DNA of 64,000 nt from a bacterium (GTDB taxonomy: Bacteria; Patescibacteriota; Minisyncoccia; UBA6257; 02-FULL-45-10c), in NCBI GenBank assembly GCA_021786945.1, contig JAJYMK010000003.1, positions 240,361 through 304,360 of the forward strand, given 5' to 3'. Position numbers and translations under genes: made by a program. Shown in pieces: positions 29,110 to 38,261 of this stretch (the stretch's first letter is position 1; each line of letters opens with the position of its first letter). The notes under the pieces were generated by a model that saw nothing but the letters and a program-made list of their open reading frames with translations, had not been told where the DNA came from and did no database searches.

Positions 29110-29643
29110 ATGTACAAACACATGATTTCCGTGATGGTCGCAGCACTGTTCCTCGGGGTAATGAACTGCTTCGGGCAGAACATCAATCCCACCGTCCCTA
29201 AAAACGACGACAAAACCGTAAACGACCTCGTCAAAACCGTGGAAGTCCAGGTGAAAAACCTGGTAACTACGCAAAACGAGGAAGACGGAGAAAAGGCTTT
29301 CTCGAAAGCCGCAAGCATCATCGATGAAAAGACGATGGCCGCGGCCAAGGGCGACCTCAAGCAGTACGGCCAACTCCTCAACAAAACATGGCTAGTCTTC
29401 AACGACAGAACCAAGAAATTGGTTCCCGAGCTTATGAAAATGAAAGAGCTCAAGTCCGACAACGACTACGAAAAGGTTCTCCGGTACATGGATGCCGCTA
29501 CAGCTAAAGAGCTGCTGCGGCTAACAACGGCCGAAAGGATCATGAAAATTCTTCCCTCAAAAGAAGAGTTTGAAGCCACGACAAAGCGAGATCGGGCGAT
29601 CGACATACTCCTCAAAGGTCAGCCGTCAACCCAGAAAAAATGA
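29110..29643 (+). CDS. Hypothetical secreted helical protein (ORFan unit)
   Basis: Signal-peptide-like N-terminus, SD AAAGGAG, GC-richer codons, terminator follows. Confidence 0.78.
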   Translation: MYKHMISVMVAALFLGVMNCFGQNINPTVPKNDDKTVNDLVKTVEVQVKNLVTTQNEEDGEKAFSKAASIIDEKTMAAAKGDLKQYGQLLNKTWLVFNDRTKKLVPELMKMKELKSDNDYEKVLRYMDAATAKELLRLTTAERIMKILPSKEEFEATTKRDRAIDILLKGQPSTQKK

Positions 29644-29651
29644 CGGAAAAC

Positions 29652-29684
29652 AAGGCGCCGGCCAAAACCGGCGCCTTTTTCTTT
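29652..29684 (+). terminator. Intrinsic terminator
   Basis: AAGGCGCCGG/CCGGCGCCTT then TTT. Confidence 0.88.
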
Positions 29685-29749
29685 CCAAAAAATTTTAAAA
29701 AAATGTTTTTTTAAGTTATTATATCTGTATACTTTTATTTTAAATTTTC

Positions 29750-32700
29750 ATGCCTCGCTTCACCCACTTACACGTTCACTCCCACTACTCACTTTTGGAT
29801 GGTTTGGCCAAAATAGACGATCTCGTAAACAGAACGAAAGAGCTCGGAATGGATTCTTTGGCAATTACCGATCATGGCAATCTTTACGGCGCAATTGAAT
29901 TTTACAAAAAAGCAAAAAAAGCCGGGATTAAACCGATTCTAGGAGTTGAAGCATATATGGCACCGAATGGCCGACATAGCAAAGTAAACCGCGTCGACGA
30001 CAGATATTACCATCTCGTTTTACTCGCCGAAAATACAACCGGCTGGAAAAATCTTATTCAACTTGTTACCAAAGCGAATCTTGAAGGTTTTTATTACAAA
30101 CCTAGAATAGATAAAGAAATTCTGCTCCAACACCATGAGGGTATTATCGGACTTTCCGCCTGCCCCGCCGGTGAAATAGGACAAGCTTTAATAAATAATA
30201 AATATATCAGAGCAAAAGAAATTGCCCTGGAATATCAGGAAATTTTCGGAAAAGGAAATTTCTTTTTGGAGATAGGCCATCACCCCGGCATCGAGGATGT
30301 ACAAAAAGTAAATGACGGCGTCAGAAAACTTTCAAAAGAACTTGGTATCGATATCGTTGCCACACAAGACACGCATTATTTAAAATCCGAAGACGCAAAA
30401 TATCACGATATTCTTTTGGCCGTACAAACAGGAAACACGGTAGACGATCCAGATAGACTCACGCTTAAAGACGACGATTTTTCATTACGCTCTCCCGAAC
30501 AGATGCTTGAACTTTTTAGCGATATACCTGAAGTACTCGAAAATACAGCAAAAATAGCAGATAGATGCAACGTGGAAATTCAGCTCGGAAAAATTATCTT
30601 GCCTAAATTTAATTTGCCCGAAAATGAAAACTCGATAGATTTTTTGGAAAAACTGGTGCAGGAAAAACTTCCAAAAAGATACCCGAATCTGGATGAGACT
30701 ACCAAAAAACGTCTAGACTACGAAATGAGTATTATTAAAAAAACTGGTTTCGTGGACTATTTCCTCATTGTTCAAGACTTCGTAAACTGGGCCAAAGAAA
30801 GAGGTATAGCCGTAGGTCCGGGAAGAGGCTCGGCTGCGGGCAGCATTGTTTCATATATTCTCGGGATTACCGACTTGGACCCGCTTCAATACGACTTGAT
30901 GTTCGAGAGATTTTTGAATCCGGAACGTATTTCAATGCCTGATATAGATTTGGATTTCACCGATACCCGCCGGGATGAAGTTTTTGGATATCTGCAGGAA
31001 AAATACGGCACTGATCACGTTGCCCATATTATTACATTCGGAACAATGGCCGCACGCGCTGCAATCAGAGACTGCGGAAGAGCCTTGGGCGTTCCTCTTT
31101 CACTTTGTGATACAGTGGCAAAATTAATTCCTTTTAATCCAACTCAGGGGATGAAAGAAGGCTGGATAGACGAAACACTTAAAAAAGTGGTTGAGTTCAA
31201 AACTATTTACGATACCAACGAACAGGCCAAAAAGGTTATAGACGCCGCCAAACATCTTGAAGGCGTAAACAGACACGCCTCCGTGCATGCTTGCGGCACG
31301 GTTATTTCCAAGGAACCACTCACGGAATATATGCCAATTCAATTTGCGCCTCAAGATAAAGATACAATCGTTACGCAATTTGAAATGCACAGCGTTGAAG
31401 ACCTTGGTCTTTTGAAAATCGATCTTCTCGGACTTAAAAACCTCACCATTATTGAAAACACCCTTAGACTGATAAAAGAAAATTACAATACCGATCTGGA
31501 TATAGGAAAAATTCCGTTGGACGATAAAAAAACATTTGAAATTTTGCAGGCTGCCGACACAACCGGAGTTTTCCAGCTGGAATCCAGCGGCATGCGAAGA
31601 TACCTCAAAGAACTCAAGCCTAACCAAATTGAGGATATTATCGCTATGGTTGCCTTGTACCGTCCCGGTCCGATGGAATTTATTCCTCAATACATCAACA
31701 GAAAATTCAAAAGAGAAAGAATTGTTTATCTGCATCCGAAGTTGGAACCGGCTCTCAAAAAAACATACGGTGTTATGATTTACCAAGAACAACTTATGAG
31801 AGTCGCCCAGGAACTGGCCGGATTCTCTCTTTCCGAAGCGGATACACTCAGAAAAGCTGTCGGTAAAAAAATAAAATCACTGCTCGACGAACAATCCCAG
31901 AAAATGATAGACGGCATGGTAAAAAATGGCATAGAAAAAAGAGTTGCTGAACAAATATGGCAATGGTTTGAACCATTTGCCAGATACGGATTCAACAGAA
32001 GCCACGCTGCATGCTATGCCCTAATCGGATACCGAACGGCTTATTTACGCGCTCACTACCCCGTTGAGTTCTATACCAGTCTTTTAAATTCCGATTCCGG
32101 CGATGTGGAAAGAGTAGCTTTCCTAATCGGTGAGGCCAAAAAAGTGGGAATTGAAGTGCTGGCTCCGGATATCAATAAAAGTTTTACCAGTTTCGTGCCT
32201 GAGGAAAAAAATATCCGTTTCGGTTTATTAGCTATTAAAAATATCGGGCAAAATATAGTGGATGCCATAATGGCAGAAAGGCAGAAAAATGGCCCATATA
32301 AAACATTAGTAGATTTACTGGAAAGAGTTGAACACAAAGATTTAAATAAAAAATCGCTTGAAAGCCTTATTAAATCAGGAGCTCTGGACTGTCTCGGAAT
32401 CGAAAGAAATCAGGCGCTAACTAATATAGAAGAGATTGTTAAATTTGCTTCCAATATTAGAAAATCAAAAACAGTAGCTCAAAATAGTCTTTTTGGAGGA
32501 TCTAAAGCTTCTGCAGGAGCTCTTAAAATGAAGCCTTGTACTCCGGCTACTTCTCTAGAAAGAATTGGATGGGAAAAAGAATTACTCGGTCTTTTTATTT
32601 CCGATCATCCCCTTAATGCCTATAAAGAAAAAATAAAAGCTCTTGGACTTACCGATATCAAAACAGCCATGGTCCGCGGAGATAATGACGAATGGATGAG

Positions 32701-32950
32701 GCCAAAAACAGTTAAAGTGGTCGGATTTATATCAAAAATTCAATCCATCACAACCAAACTGGGACAGCCAATGCTCTTTGTGGTTATTCAGGACTTTGAT
32801 GCCAGCGTGGAAATACTGGTCTTCTCCGATGTATTGGAAAAAACAAAAAATATCTGGAAAGAAGGCAATGTCGTTGTAGTTTCCGGTAAAATTTCTTTAC
32901 GCGACGAAGAATCAAAAATTATCTGCAATACCGCAAAAGAAATAAAATAG
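29750..32950 (+). CDS. dnaE: DNA polymerase III alpha subunit
   Basis: HLHVHSHYSLLDG PHP domain, GRGSAAGS, PDIDLDF, YGFNRSH, C-terminal OB fold. Confidence 0.97.
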   Translation: MPRFTHLHVHSHYSLLDGLAKIDDLVNRTKELGMDSLAITDHGNLYGAIEFYKKAKKAGIKPILGVEAYMAPNGRHSKVNRVDDRYYHLVLLAENTTGWKNLIQLVTKANLEGFYYKPRIDKEILLQHHEGIIGLSACPAGEIGQALINNKYIRAKEIALEYQEIFGKGNFFLEIGHHPGIEDVQKVNDGVRKLSKELGIDIVATQDTHYLKSEDAKYHDILLAVQTGNTVDDPDRLTLKDDDFSLRSPEQMLELFSDIPEVLENTAKIADRCNVEIQLGKIILPKFNLPENENSIDFLEKLVQEKLPKRYPNLDETTKKRLDYEMSIIKKTGFVDYFLIVQDFVNWAKERGIAVGPGRGSAAGSIVSYILGITDLDPLQYDLMFERFLNPERISMPDIDLDFTDTRRDEVFGYLQEKYGTDHVAHIITFGTMAARAAIRDCGRALGVPLSLCDTVAKLIPFNPTQGMKEGWIDETLKKVVEFKTIYDTNEQAKKVIDAAKHLEGVNRHASVHACGTVISKEPLTEYMPIQFAPQDKDTIVTQFEMHSVEDLGLLKIDLLGLKNLTIIENTLRLIKENYNTDLDIGKIPLDDKKTFEILQAADTTGVFQLESSGMRRYLKELKPNQIEDIIAMVALYRPGPMEFIPQYINRKFKRERIVYLHPKLEPALKKTYGVMIYQEQLMRVAQELAGFSLSEADTLRKAVGKKIKSLLDEQSQKMIDGMVKNGIEKRVAEQIWQWFEPFARYGFNRSHAACYALIGYRTAYLRAHYPVEFYTSLLNSDSGDVERVAFLIGEAKKVGIEVLAPDINKSFTSFVPEEKNIRFGLLAIKNIGQNIVDAIMAERQKNGPYKTLVDLLERVEHKDLNKKSLESLIKSGALDCLGIERNQALTNIEEIVKFASNIRKSKTVAQNSLFGGSKASAGALKMKPCTPATSLERIGWEKELLGLFISDHPLNAYKEKIKALGLTDIKTAMVRGDNDEWMRPKTVKVVGFISKIQSITTKLGQPMLFVVIQDFDASVEILVFSDVLEKTKNIWKEGNVVVVSGKISLRDEESKIICNTAKEIK

Positions 32951-32990
32951 GACCCTTTAACGAGTCCTATTATTTAGGCTTTTTAGCCTT
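32946..32990. terminator. Hairpins between convergent genes
   Basis: AATAGGAC/GTCCTATT and AGGCT/AGCCT. Confidence 0.5.
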
Positions 32991-32993
32991 TAT

Positions 32994-33359
32994 TTATGGA
33001 ATAATGCCGTGCCCAGCTTTTATGCAGTTGAACACCGCGTTCATAACCAGAAAAAGCCGGTTTGGTGGAAAACTGCGAAGACCCTCTATGGGTTTAGGTA
33101 AATAAATATTGCCGTTTTTAATCCATTTCTTCGCAAACTCATCGCCATTTTCTTCAGCAAGAAGACAAAATGCGCAATAGCCGTACTGAATACGCATAAT
33201 TATTTCCGCCGGAAGATTTGCGCCACTTTCGACTTTCTTAAGTCCCGTCATTGCGAAAGTCAGCTCTTTTCCTGCTTTCTTTTTTAACAAACTAAAAAGA
33301 TCTCTTGGGTCTTTTTCAAAAGCCTCCATCAAAATCCACATCATTTTTTCTTTTGTCAT
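32994..33359 (-). CDS. Hypothetical protein (second gene of an ORFan pair)
   Basis: ATG 33359 behind SD AAGGGGGTG, which overlaps the upstream stop; contains CxxC. Confidence 0.68.
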   Translation of the reverse strand: MTKEKMMWILMEAFEKDPRDLFSLLKKKAGKELTFAMTGLKKVESGANLPAEIIMRIQYGYCAFCLLAEENGDEFAKKWIKNGNIYLPKPIEGLRSFPPNRLFLVMNAVFNCIKAGHGIIP

Positions 33360-33369
33360 AAACACCCCC

Positions 33370-33531
33370 TTATCGGCGCTTCTTTTTCTTTTTGTTCATC
33401 TTCGCGTGTAATTTACGGATAAATTTAAGATGTTTTTTAGCGGCAGAACTTTGAAGTATCGAGGATATATCGTAAATTATTACTCCGTTATATCTCACTT
33501 TTTCAATTTTTACCCCATCTCCATCTTCCAT
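33370..33531 (-). CDS. 53-aa protein with basic tail (first gene of pair)
   Basis: Hand-translated MEDGDGVKIEKVRYNGVIIYDISSILQSSAAKKHLKFIRKLHAKMNKKKKKRR; SD AAAGGAGGTG. Confidence 0.7.
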   Translation of the reverse strand: MEDGDGVKIEKVRYNGVIIYDISSILQSSAAKKHLKFIRKLHAKMNKKKKKRR

Positions 33532-33534
33532 AAG

Positions 33535-33595
33535 CACCTCCTTTTAAATTTTCAAGATACTTTTTTATATTAACGCCTATTTTTATATCATACAA
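33535..33595 (-). promoter_or_regulatory. Promoter TTGTAT-N17-TAATAT, boxA-like GTATCTTGAAAA (33549-33560), SD
   Basis: Read on the reverse complement. Confidence 0.6.
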
Positions 33596-33648
33596 ACTAT
33601 ATTTTATGTATAATGATTTTTTTTAAAAATTAATCTATAATCATATCT

Positions 33649-35406
33649 ATGAGCAAACAAACAAACATTGATGAAGTAAGGCATTCCTTGTCGCACTTAC
33701 TGGCCGCAGCGGTATTAAAAAAATACCAAAAAACCAAACTCGGCATAGGCCCGGTTATAGAAAATGGTTTTTATTATGATTTTTTGTTACCAAAACCGAT
33801 TACCAACGAAGATTTGGCGGAATTGGAAAAAGAAATGCGCCACCTGATAGGCCAAAAACTTGATTTTAAGGCCGAAAAAATTACTGCATTAAAAGCCAAA
33901 AAACTCCTTGCAGGACAGAAGTTCAAACTAGAACTGATAAAAGAACTTCAAAAAGAAAAATCCCCTATTTCCGTATACCGAACTGGCGATGTTTTCCTGG
34001 ATCTCTGTAAGGGCCCTCACGTCAAAAATACTTCCGAAATAAACATGGAAGGTTTTAAGCTTACTCATATTGCCGGAGCTTATTGGAAAGGAAGCGAAAA
34101 AAATCCGATGCTTACCAGGATTTACGGCTTGGCTTTTAATTCCAAAAAAGAATTGGAAGATTACCTGAAAATGATGGAGGAAGCCAAAAAACGCGACCAT
34201 CGCGTACTCGGCGAAAAACTGAAACTTTTTACCTTTAGTGATTTTGTTGGCCCGGGACTTCCCCTTTGGCTTCCAAACGGCACGGTTATCGTAGAAGAGC
34301 TGGAAAAAATGGCTAAAGAAATGGAACGCAGAGCCGGATACAAACAGGTCAGAACTCCGCACGTTGCGAAAGAAAAAATGTATCTTACTTCCGGCCATCT
34401 TCCCTACTACGCCGAATCCAATTTCCCTCCAATGATCATGGAAGAAGACGGACAAAAAACAAAATATTATCTGAAATCCATGAATTGTCCGCACCACCAT
34501 CAAATTTTCGCCGCGGATCCAAAAAGTTACCGCGATCTTCCTTTAAGATTGGCTGAATACGGAACCGTATATCGTTATGAAAAAAGCGGAGAATTATTTG
34601 GCTTAATGCGCGTACGCATGCTCTCTATGAACGATGCGCATATATACTGCACAGAAGAACAATTTGCCGACGAATTTATGGCTGTAATAAAAATGTATTT
34701 GGAATACTTCAGAATTTTTGGAATTGAAAAATATGTAATGCGTTTTTCCAAACACAGTAAAGAAGGTTTGGGTAAAAAATACATAGACAATCCCAAGCTT
34801 TGGAAAAAAACCGAGGACATGGTACGCAACGTAATGCTTAAAGAAAAAATTCCTTTTGTTGAGGTGGAAAACGAAGCCGCATTCTATGGGCCAAAAATAG
34901 ATGTCCAAATTTGGAGCGCTATTGGCCGTGAATTTACACTAGCCACAAACCAAGTTGATTTTGCCGTACCCGGAAGATTTAATCTTGCATATAAAGACAA
35001 AGACGGCAAAGAAAAAACGCCAATATGCATACACAGAGCTCCTCTTGGAACCCACGAAAGAACAATAGGTTTTCTGATTGAACATTATGCCGGCGCCTTT
35101 CCGGCATGGCTAGCCCCTATTCAAGCAATAATTTTACCTATCAGCGAAAAACAAACAAAATACGCAAAAGAAGTTTCTGATAATCTTATTAAGAACGGAA
35201 TAAGAGTAAATATGGATGATTCTAGTGAAACCCTTGGAAAACGCATCCGCGAAGCAGAAATGCAAAAAATACCATATATTCTCGTAATTGGCGGACAAGA
35301 AGAAACTAACAAAACAGTAGCTGTGCGCCAACGCGAAAAAGGAAATATAGGCGCCATGACAGTGGAAGCCTTTTCGGAACTGATAAAAAAACAATTGCCG
35401 TATTAA
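33649..35406 (+). CDS. thrS: Threonine--tRNA ligase lacking the TGS (N1) domain
   Basis: RHSLSH, DLCKGPH, MNCP, AAFYGPKID, HRAPLGTHER. Confidence 0.97.
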   Translation: MSKQTNIDEVRHSLSHLLAAAVLKKYQKTKLGIGPVIENGFYYDFLLPKPITNEDLAELEKEMRHLIGQKLDFKAEKITALKAKKLLAGQKFKLELIKELQKEKSPISVYRTGDVFLDLCKGPHVKNTSEINMEGFKLTHIAGAYWKGSEKNPMLTRIYGLAFNSKKELEDYLKMMEEAKKRDHRVLGEKLKLFTFSDFVGPGLPLWLPNGTVIVEELEKMAKEMERRAGYKQVRTPHVAKEKMYLTSGHLPYYAESNFPPMIMEEDGQKTKYYLKSMNCPHHHQIFAADPKSYRDLPLRLAEYGTVYRYEKSGELFGLMRVRMLSMNDAHIYCTEEQFADEFMAVIKMYLEYFRIFGIEKYVMRFSKHSKEGLGKKYIDNPKLWKKTEDMVRNVMLKEKIPFVEVENEAAFYGPKIDVQIWSAIGREFTLATNQVDFAVPGRFNLAYKDKDGKEKTPICIHRAPLGTHERTIGFLIEHYAGAFPAWLAPIQAIILPISEKQTKYAKEVSDNLIKNGIRVNMDDSSETLGKRIREAEMQKIPYILVIGGQEETNKTVAVRQREKGNIGAMTVEAFSELIKKQLPY

Positions 35407-35407
35407 T

Positions 35408-35437
35408 AAAAAATCCCCGCTTTCTTGCGGGGATTTT
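35408..35437. terminator. Bidirectional intrinsic terminator
   Basis: AAAATCCCCGC/GCGGGGATTTT. Confidence 0.88.
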
Positions 35438-35448
35438 GATTTATATTT

Positions 35449-35670
35449 TTATGCTCTATGTTCAAATTCTTTTTCTAGGTTTTTTCTGGCTTTTTCTACA
35501 CCCTCTTGAATTTCTATTTGTTTAGCCAGATCCTTTAATCCTTCAGCTGTTTGTTCTTTTAATTTTCTCTCTTCAATAGCCTTCTTGTTCTTTATAATTT
35601 CGGCATAATTTAACATAATTTCTTTATCCTGTTTTTTGGGTTCGGGGTTAAATTTAAATGATTCAAACAT
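35449..35670 (-). CDS. Small charged hypothetical protein
   Basis: 73-aa ORF starting 1 nt after the gatB stop and ending before a terminator. Confidence 0.65.
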   Translation of the reverse strand: MFESFKFNPEPKKQDKEIMLNYAEIIKNKKAIEERKLKEQTAEGLKDLAKQIEIQEGVEKARKNLEKEFEHRA

Positions 35671-35671
35671 A

Positions 35672-37138
35672 TTAAATATTTTCTTTAAATAATTTTTTTA
35701 AAACTTCGGGATTACCTCGGCCTTTTAAAGCTGCCATAGCTTTTCCTATTAAAAACATAACCGCCTGATCTTTTCCGCTCTTCAAATCACCGGCTGCTTT
35801 AGGATTTTCTTTTAGAATTTTCACTACCAATTCATGAAGCCCGGCTTCGTCAGAAATCTGTCCTAAACTTTCGGTTTTAACTATTTCCCTAGGATCTAGG
35901 CCTGTATCAATCATCCTAACTATCAAATCTTTAGCCACCCTGCTGGAAATCTCTTTTTTGGCTATCATATCGATAAGATCGGCAAAATTTTCAGGATCAA
36001 CTTTACTTTCTGAAAACCCTATTCCTTTGGCCATTAAAAGACCTCTCAAATCGGTAGATAGATAATTAAGAGTTAATTTTATTTTTTCCGAATTTATCTC
36101 TTCTTGTTCATCGCCTTCCAATTCCGACACCGCCTGCTCAAAATAATTGGACATTTCTCTGTCATCAATCAGCATTCCAAGCATGTCCTGAGAAATTTTA
36201 TATTGTTCGGCAAATCTTTTTCTTTTTGCTTCTGGCAATTCAGGAATTTCCAATTTTAATTTTTCGATATCAAATCCACTCTTTGTAAACGGAGGCAGAT
36301 CGGGCTCGGGAAAATATCTGTAATCATGGGCTTGTTCCTTCGAACGCTGGGCAATCGTTTTTTGTTTTATATCGTCCCACCCTCTGGTTTCCTGGTTAAC
36401 TTTGCCGCCTTCTTCCAATATTTCAGTCTGACGTTTTATTTCATAATTTATAGCACTCTCAAGAGCGCTAAAAGAATTAAGATTTTTAATTTCCGCCCTA
36501 GTGCCCAGTTTTTCATCAGGACTAATTGAAATATTAGCGTCAAAACGCATTTGCCCTCTTTCTAAATCAGCTGTAGAAACACCGAGATAACGCAAAAGAA
36601 GCTGCAATTCCCTGCCATAAGCCACCGCTTCCTCGGCACTATGGATATCCGGCTCCGAAACCAATTCCATGAGCGGTACTCCACCACGATTAAAATCTAC
36701 AAAAGTAATCTCTTTACCGTTTTCGTCTTTACCATGAACCAATTTACCGGCATCTTCCTCAAGATGGACTCTGTTTATTTTGATTATTCTATTTTTTCGG
36801 ATTCTGCTGGAAATATCCAAACTTCCGCCCTTAACTATCGGCAAATCAAACTGTGAAATCTGATAACCCTTTGGAAGATCGGGGTAAAAATAATTTTTCC
36901 TGTCGAATTTAAAATTTTCGTTAATTTCTCCGCCTATAGCCAAACCAATCTTAATCATGAATTCAATGGCTTTTTTGTTCAAAACCGGTAAAACTCCGGG
37001 GTGGCCAAGACAGACCGGACAAACATTTGTGTTTGGCCTTTTTTCGTCGGGATTATTCGGACAATCACAAAAGACCTTAGTCTTCGTATGAAGCTCGGCG
37101 TGCACTTCCAAACCTATTGTCGGCAAATATTTATGCAT
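35672..37138 (-). CDS. gatB: Asp-tRNA(Asn)/Glu-tRNA(Gln) amidotransferase subunit B
   Basis: IGLEVH, RKNYFYPDLPKGYQISQ, HLEEDAGK, DYRYFPEPDLP. Confidence 0.97.
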   Translation of the reverse strand: MHKYLPTIGLEVHAELHTKTKVFCDCPNNPDEKRPNTNVCPVCLGHPGVLPVLNKKAIEFMIKIGLAIGGEINENFKFDRKNYFYPDLPKGYQISQFDLPIVKGGSLDISSRIRKNRIIKINRVHLEEDAGKLVHGKDENGKEITFVDFNRGGVPLMELVSEPDIHSAEEAVAYGRELQLLLRYLGVSTADLERGQMRFDANISISPDEKLGTRAEIKNLNSFSALESAINYEIKRQTEILEEGGKVNQETRGWDDIKQKTIAQRSKEQAHDYRYFPEPDLPPFTKSGFDIEKLKLEIPELPEAKRKRFAEQYKISQDMLGMLIDDREMSNYFEQAVSELEGDEQEEINSEKIKLTLNYLSTDLRGLLMAKGIGFSESKVDPENFADLIDMIAKKEISSRVAKDLIVRMIDTGLDPREIVKTESLGQISDEAGLHELVVKILKENPKAAGDLKSGKDQAVMFLIGKAMAALKGRGNPEVLKKLFKENI

Positions 37139-37175
37139 ATTCAATAATGATTATTATATCAAAAATATAAACAAT

Positions 37176-37203
37176 AAAAAACGCCCCTATAAATATAGGG
37201 GCG
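37176..37203 (-). terminator. Intrinsic terminator overlapping the tmk stop
   Basis: CGCCCCTAT/ATAGGGGCG stem then U6 on the minus strand. Confidence 0.75.
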
Positions 37204-37828
37204 CCTTATTTTCCAGCATTTTATCTATTTCTTTTTTAACCTGTTCGAAAATAATATCCGAACTGTCACCTCTCAAGATAACGATATTTTCTTCCGGCAA
37301 TGCTTTTGCCAGATCGAGGTAATTATTTCTCAGGACTTCCTGAAAATTCCTGTCTTTCTCAAAAACTTCCTTAAAATCCCGCTTCTTGTCGGCGGCCGCT
37401 CTTTTGATGGCCTCCTCAACGGGAATATCAGGAATGATAATGAGATCCGGGACTAAAATGCCTTTATGCATTTTTATAAGCTTTTCCAGGGAAATTCCCT
37501 GGGTCTGCTGATAAGCAAGCGTAGAATATTTATATCTGTCGCTTACTACATGGTGCCCTGCCGCAAGTTCTTTTTCTATCCATTTGGCGTGAACCTTACG
37601 GTCTTTGACGAAAAGATCAGCGAATATCTCCGCGTTTTCATAGGGATCTATATTTTCTTTCATCATCCTTCTGATTTCATCGTGATACTTAGAAATATAG
37701 GGCTCCCTCGTCATTAAAACATGGTGAGTTTTTAACTTATTAAAAAGATAGGCAGCTATCTTTTTCATGATAGTTCCCTTTCCGCAACCATCAATTCCGT
37801 CCAAAGCAATGAATTTGCCTCTCAACAT
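37187..37828 (-). CDS. tmk: Thymidylate kinase
   Basis: FIALDGIDGCGKGT P-loop, TREP, SDRY, STLAYQ, PDL. Confidence 0.93.
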   Translation of the reverse strand: MLRGKFIALDGIDGCGKGTIMKKIAAYLFNKLKTHHVLMTREPYISKYHDEIRRMMKENIDPYENAEIFADLFVKDRKVHAKWIEKELAAGHHVVSDRYKYSTLAYQQTQGISLEKLIKMHKGILVPDLIIIPDIPVEEAIKRAAADKKRDFKEVFEKDRNFQEVLRNNYLDLAKALPEENIVILRGDSSDIIFEQVKKEIDKMLENKAPLYL

Positions 37829-37831
37829 ATT

Positions 37832-37948
37832 ACCTCCATTATAACTCTTATTTAATATTCAAAAAACTGTATTCAATTATAATCTTTTAAAAGCTATTGG
37901 CAAATTTTTTAAATAGCGCTAGGTTAATAATAGATGCTTGAAAAGGAG
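37832..37948. promoter_or_regulatory. Divergent promoters sharing TTGGCAA as -35; boxA-like motif and SD on both sides
   Basis: Minus: TTGCCA-N16-TATAAT, GTTTTTTGAATA, GGAGGT. Plus: TTGGCA-N17-TAGGTT, GATGCTTGAAAA, AAGGAG. Confidence 0.6.
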
Positions 37949-37955
37949 AACTTCT

Positions 37956-38207
37956 ATGTCCGATGAAATAAAAAAGTACTCGGTGCAGGAATGTATACTG
38001 GCAATCAGAAGCGATCCCGACAGCCAATACGGATTCAAAGATGAACAAGTACTGAATATTTTCCTGGACACGGAAATAAAATCAGAAGAAGATATAAATA
38101 AACTGCTCAAAGAAATGATTTCTTTCAGAAAAAAACTGAAAGAGAAAATCTGCGAAGAACTATCCAAACGCAGAGATGTTCTCAAAAATAAAAAACCGCC
38201 TCTATAA
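37956..38207 (+). CDS. Hypothetical protein (ORFan unit)
   Basis: ATG 37956 behind SD AAGGAG; terminator overlaps the stop. Confidence 0.7.
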   Translation: MSDEIKKYSVQECILAIRSDPDSQYGFKDEQVLNIFLDTEIKSEEDINKLLKEMISFRKKLKEKICEELSKRRDVLKNKKPPL

Positions 38208-38222
38208 GGCGGTTTTTCTTTT
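38190..38222. terminator. Bidirectional intrinsic terminator
   Basis: AAAAACCGCCT/AGGCGGTTTTT. Confidence 0.85.
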
Positions 38223-38261
38223 ATTATCAATCCGTATTAATAACTCCCCCAAAATATAAAA

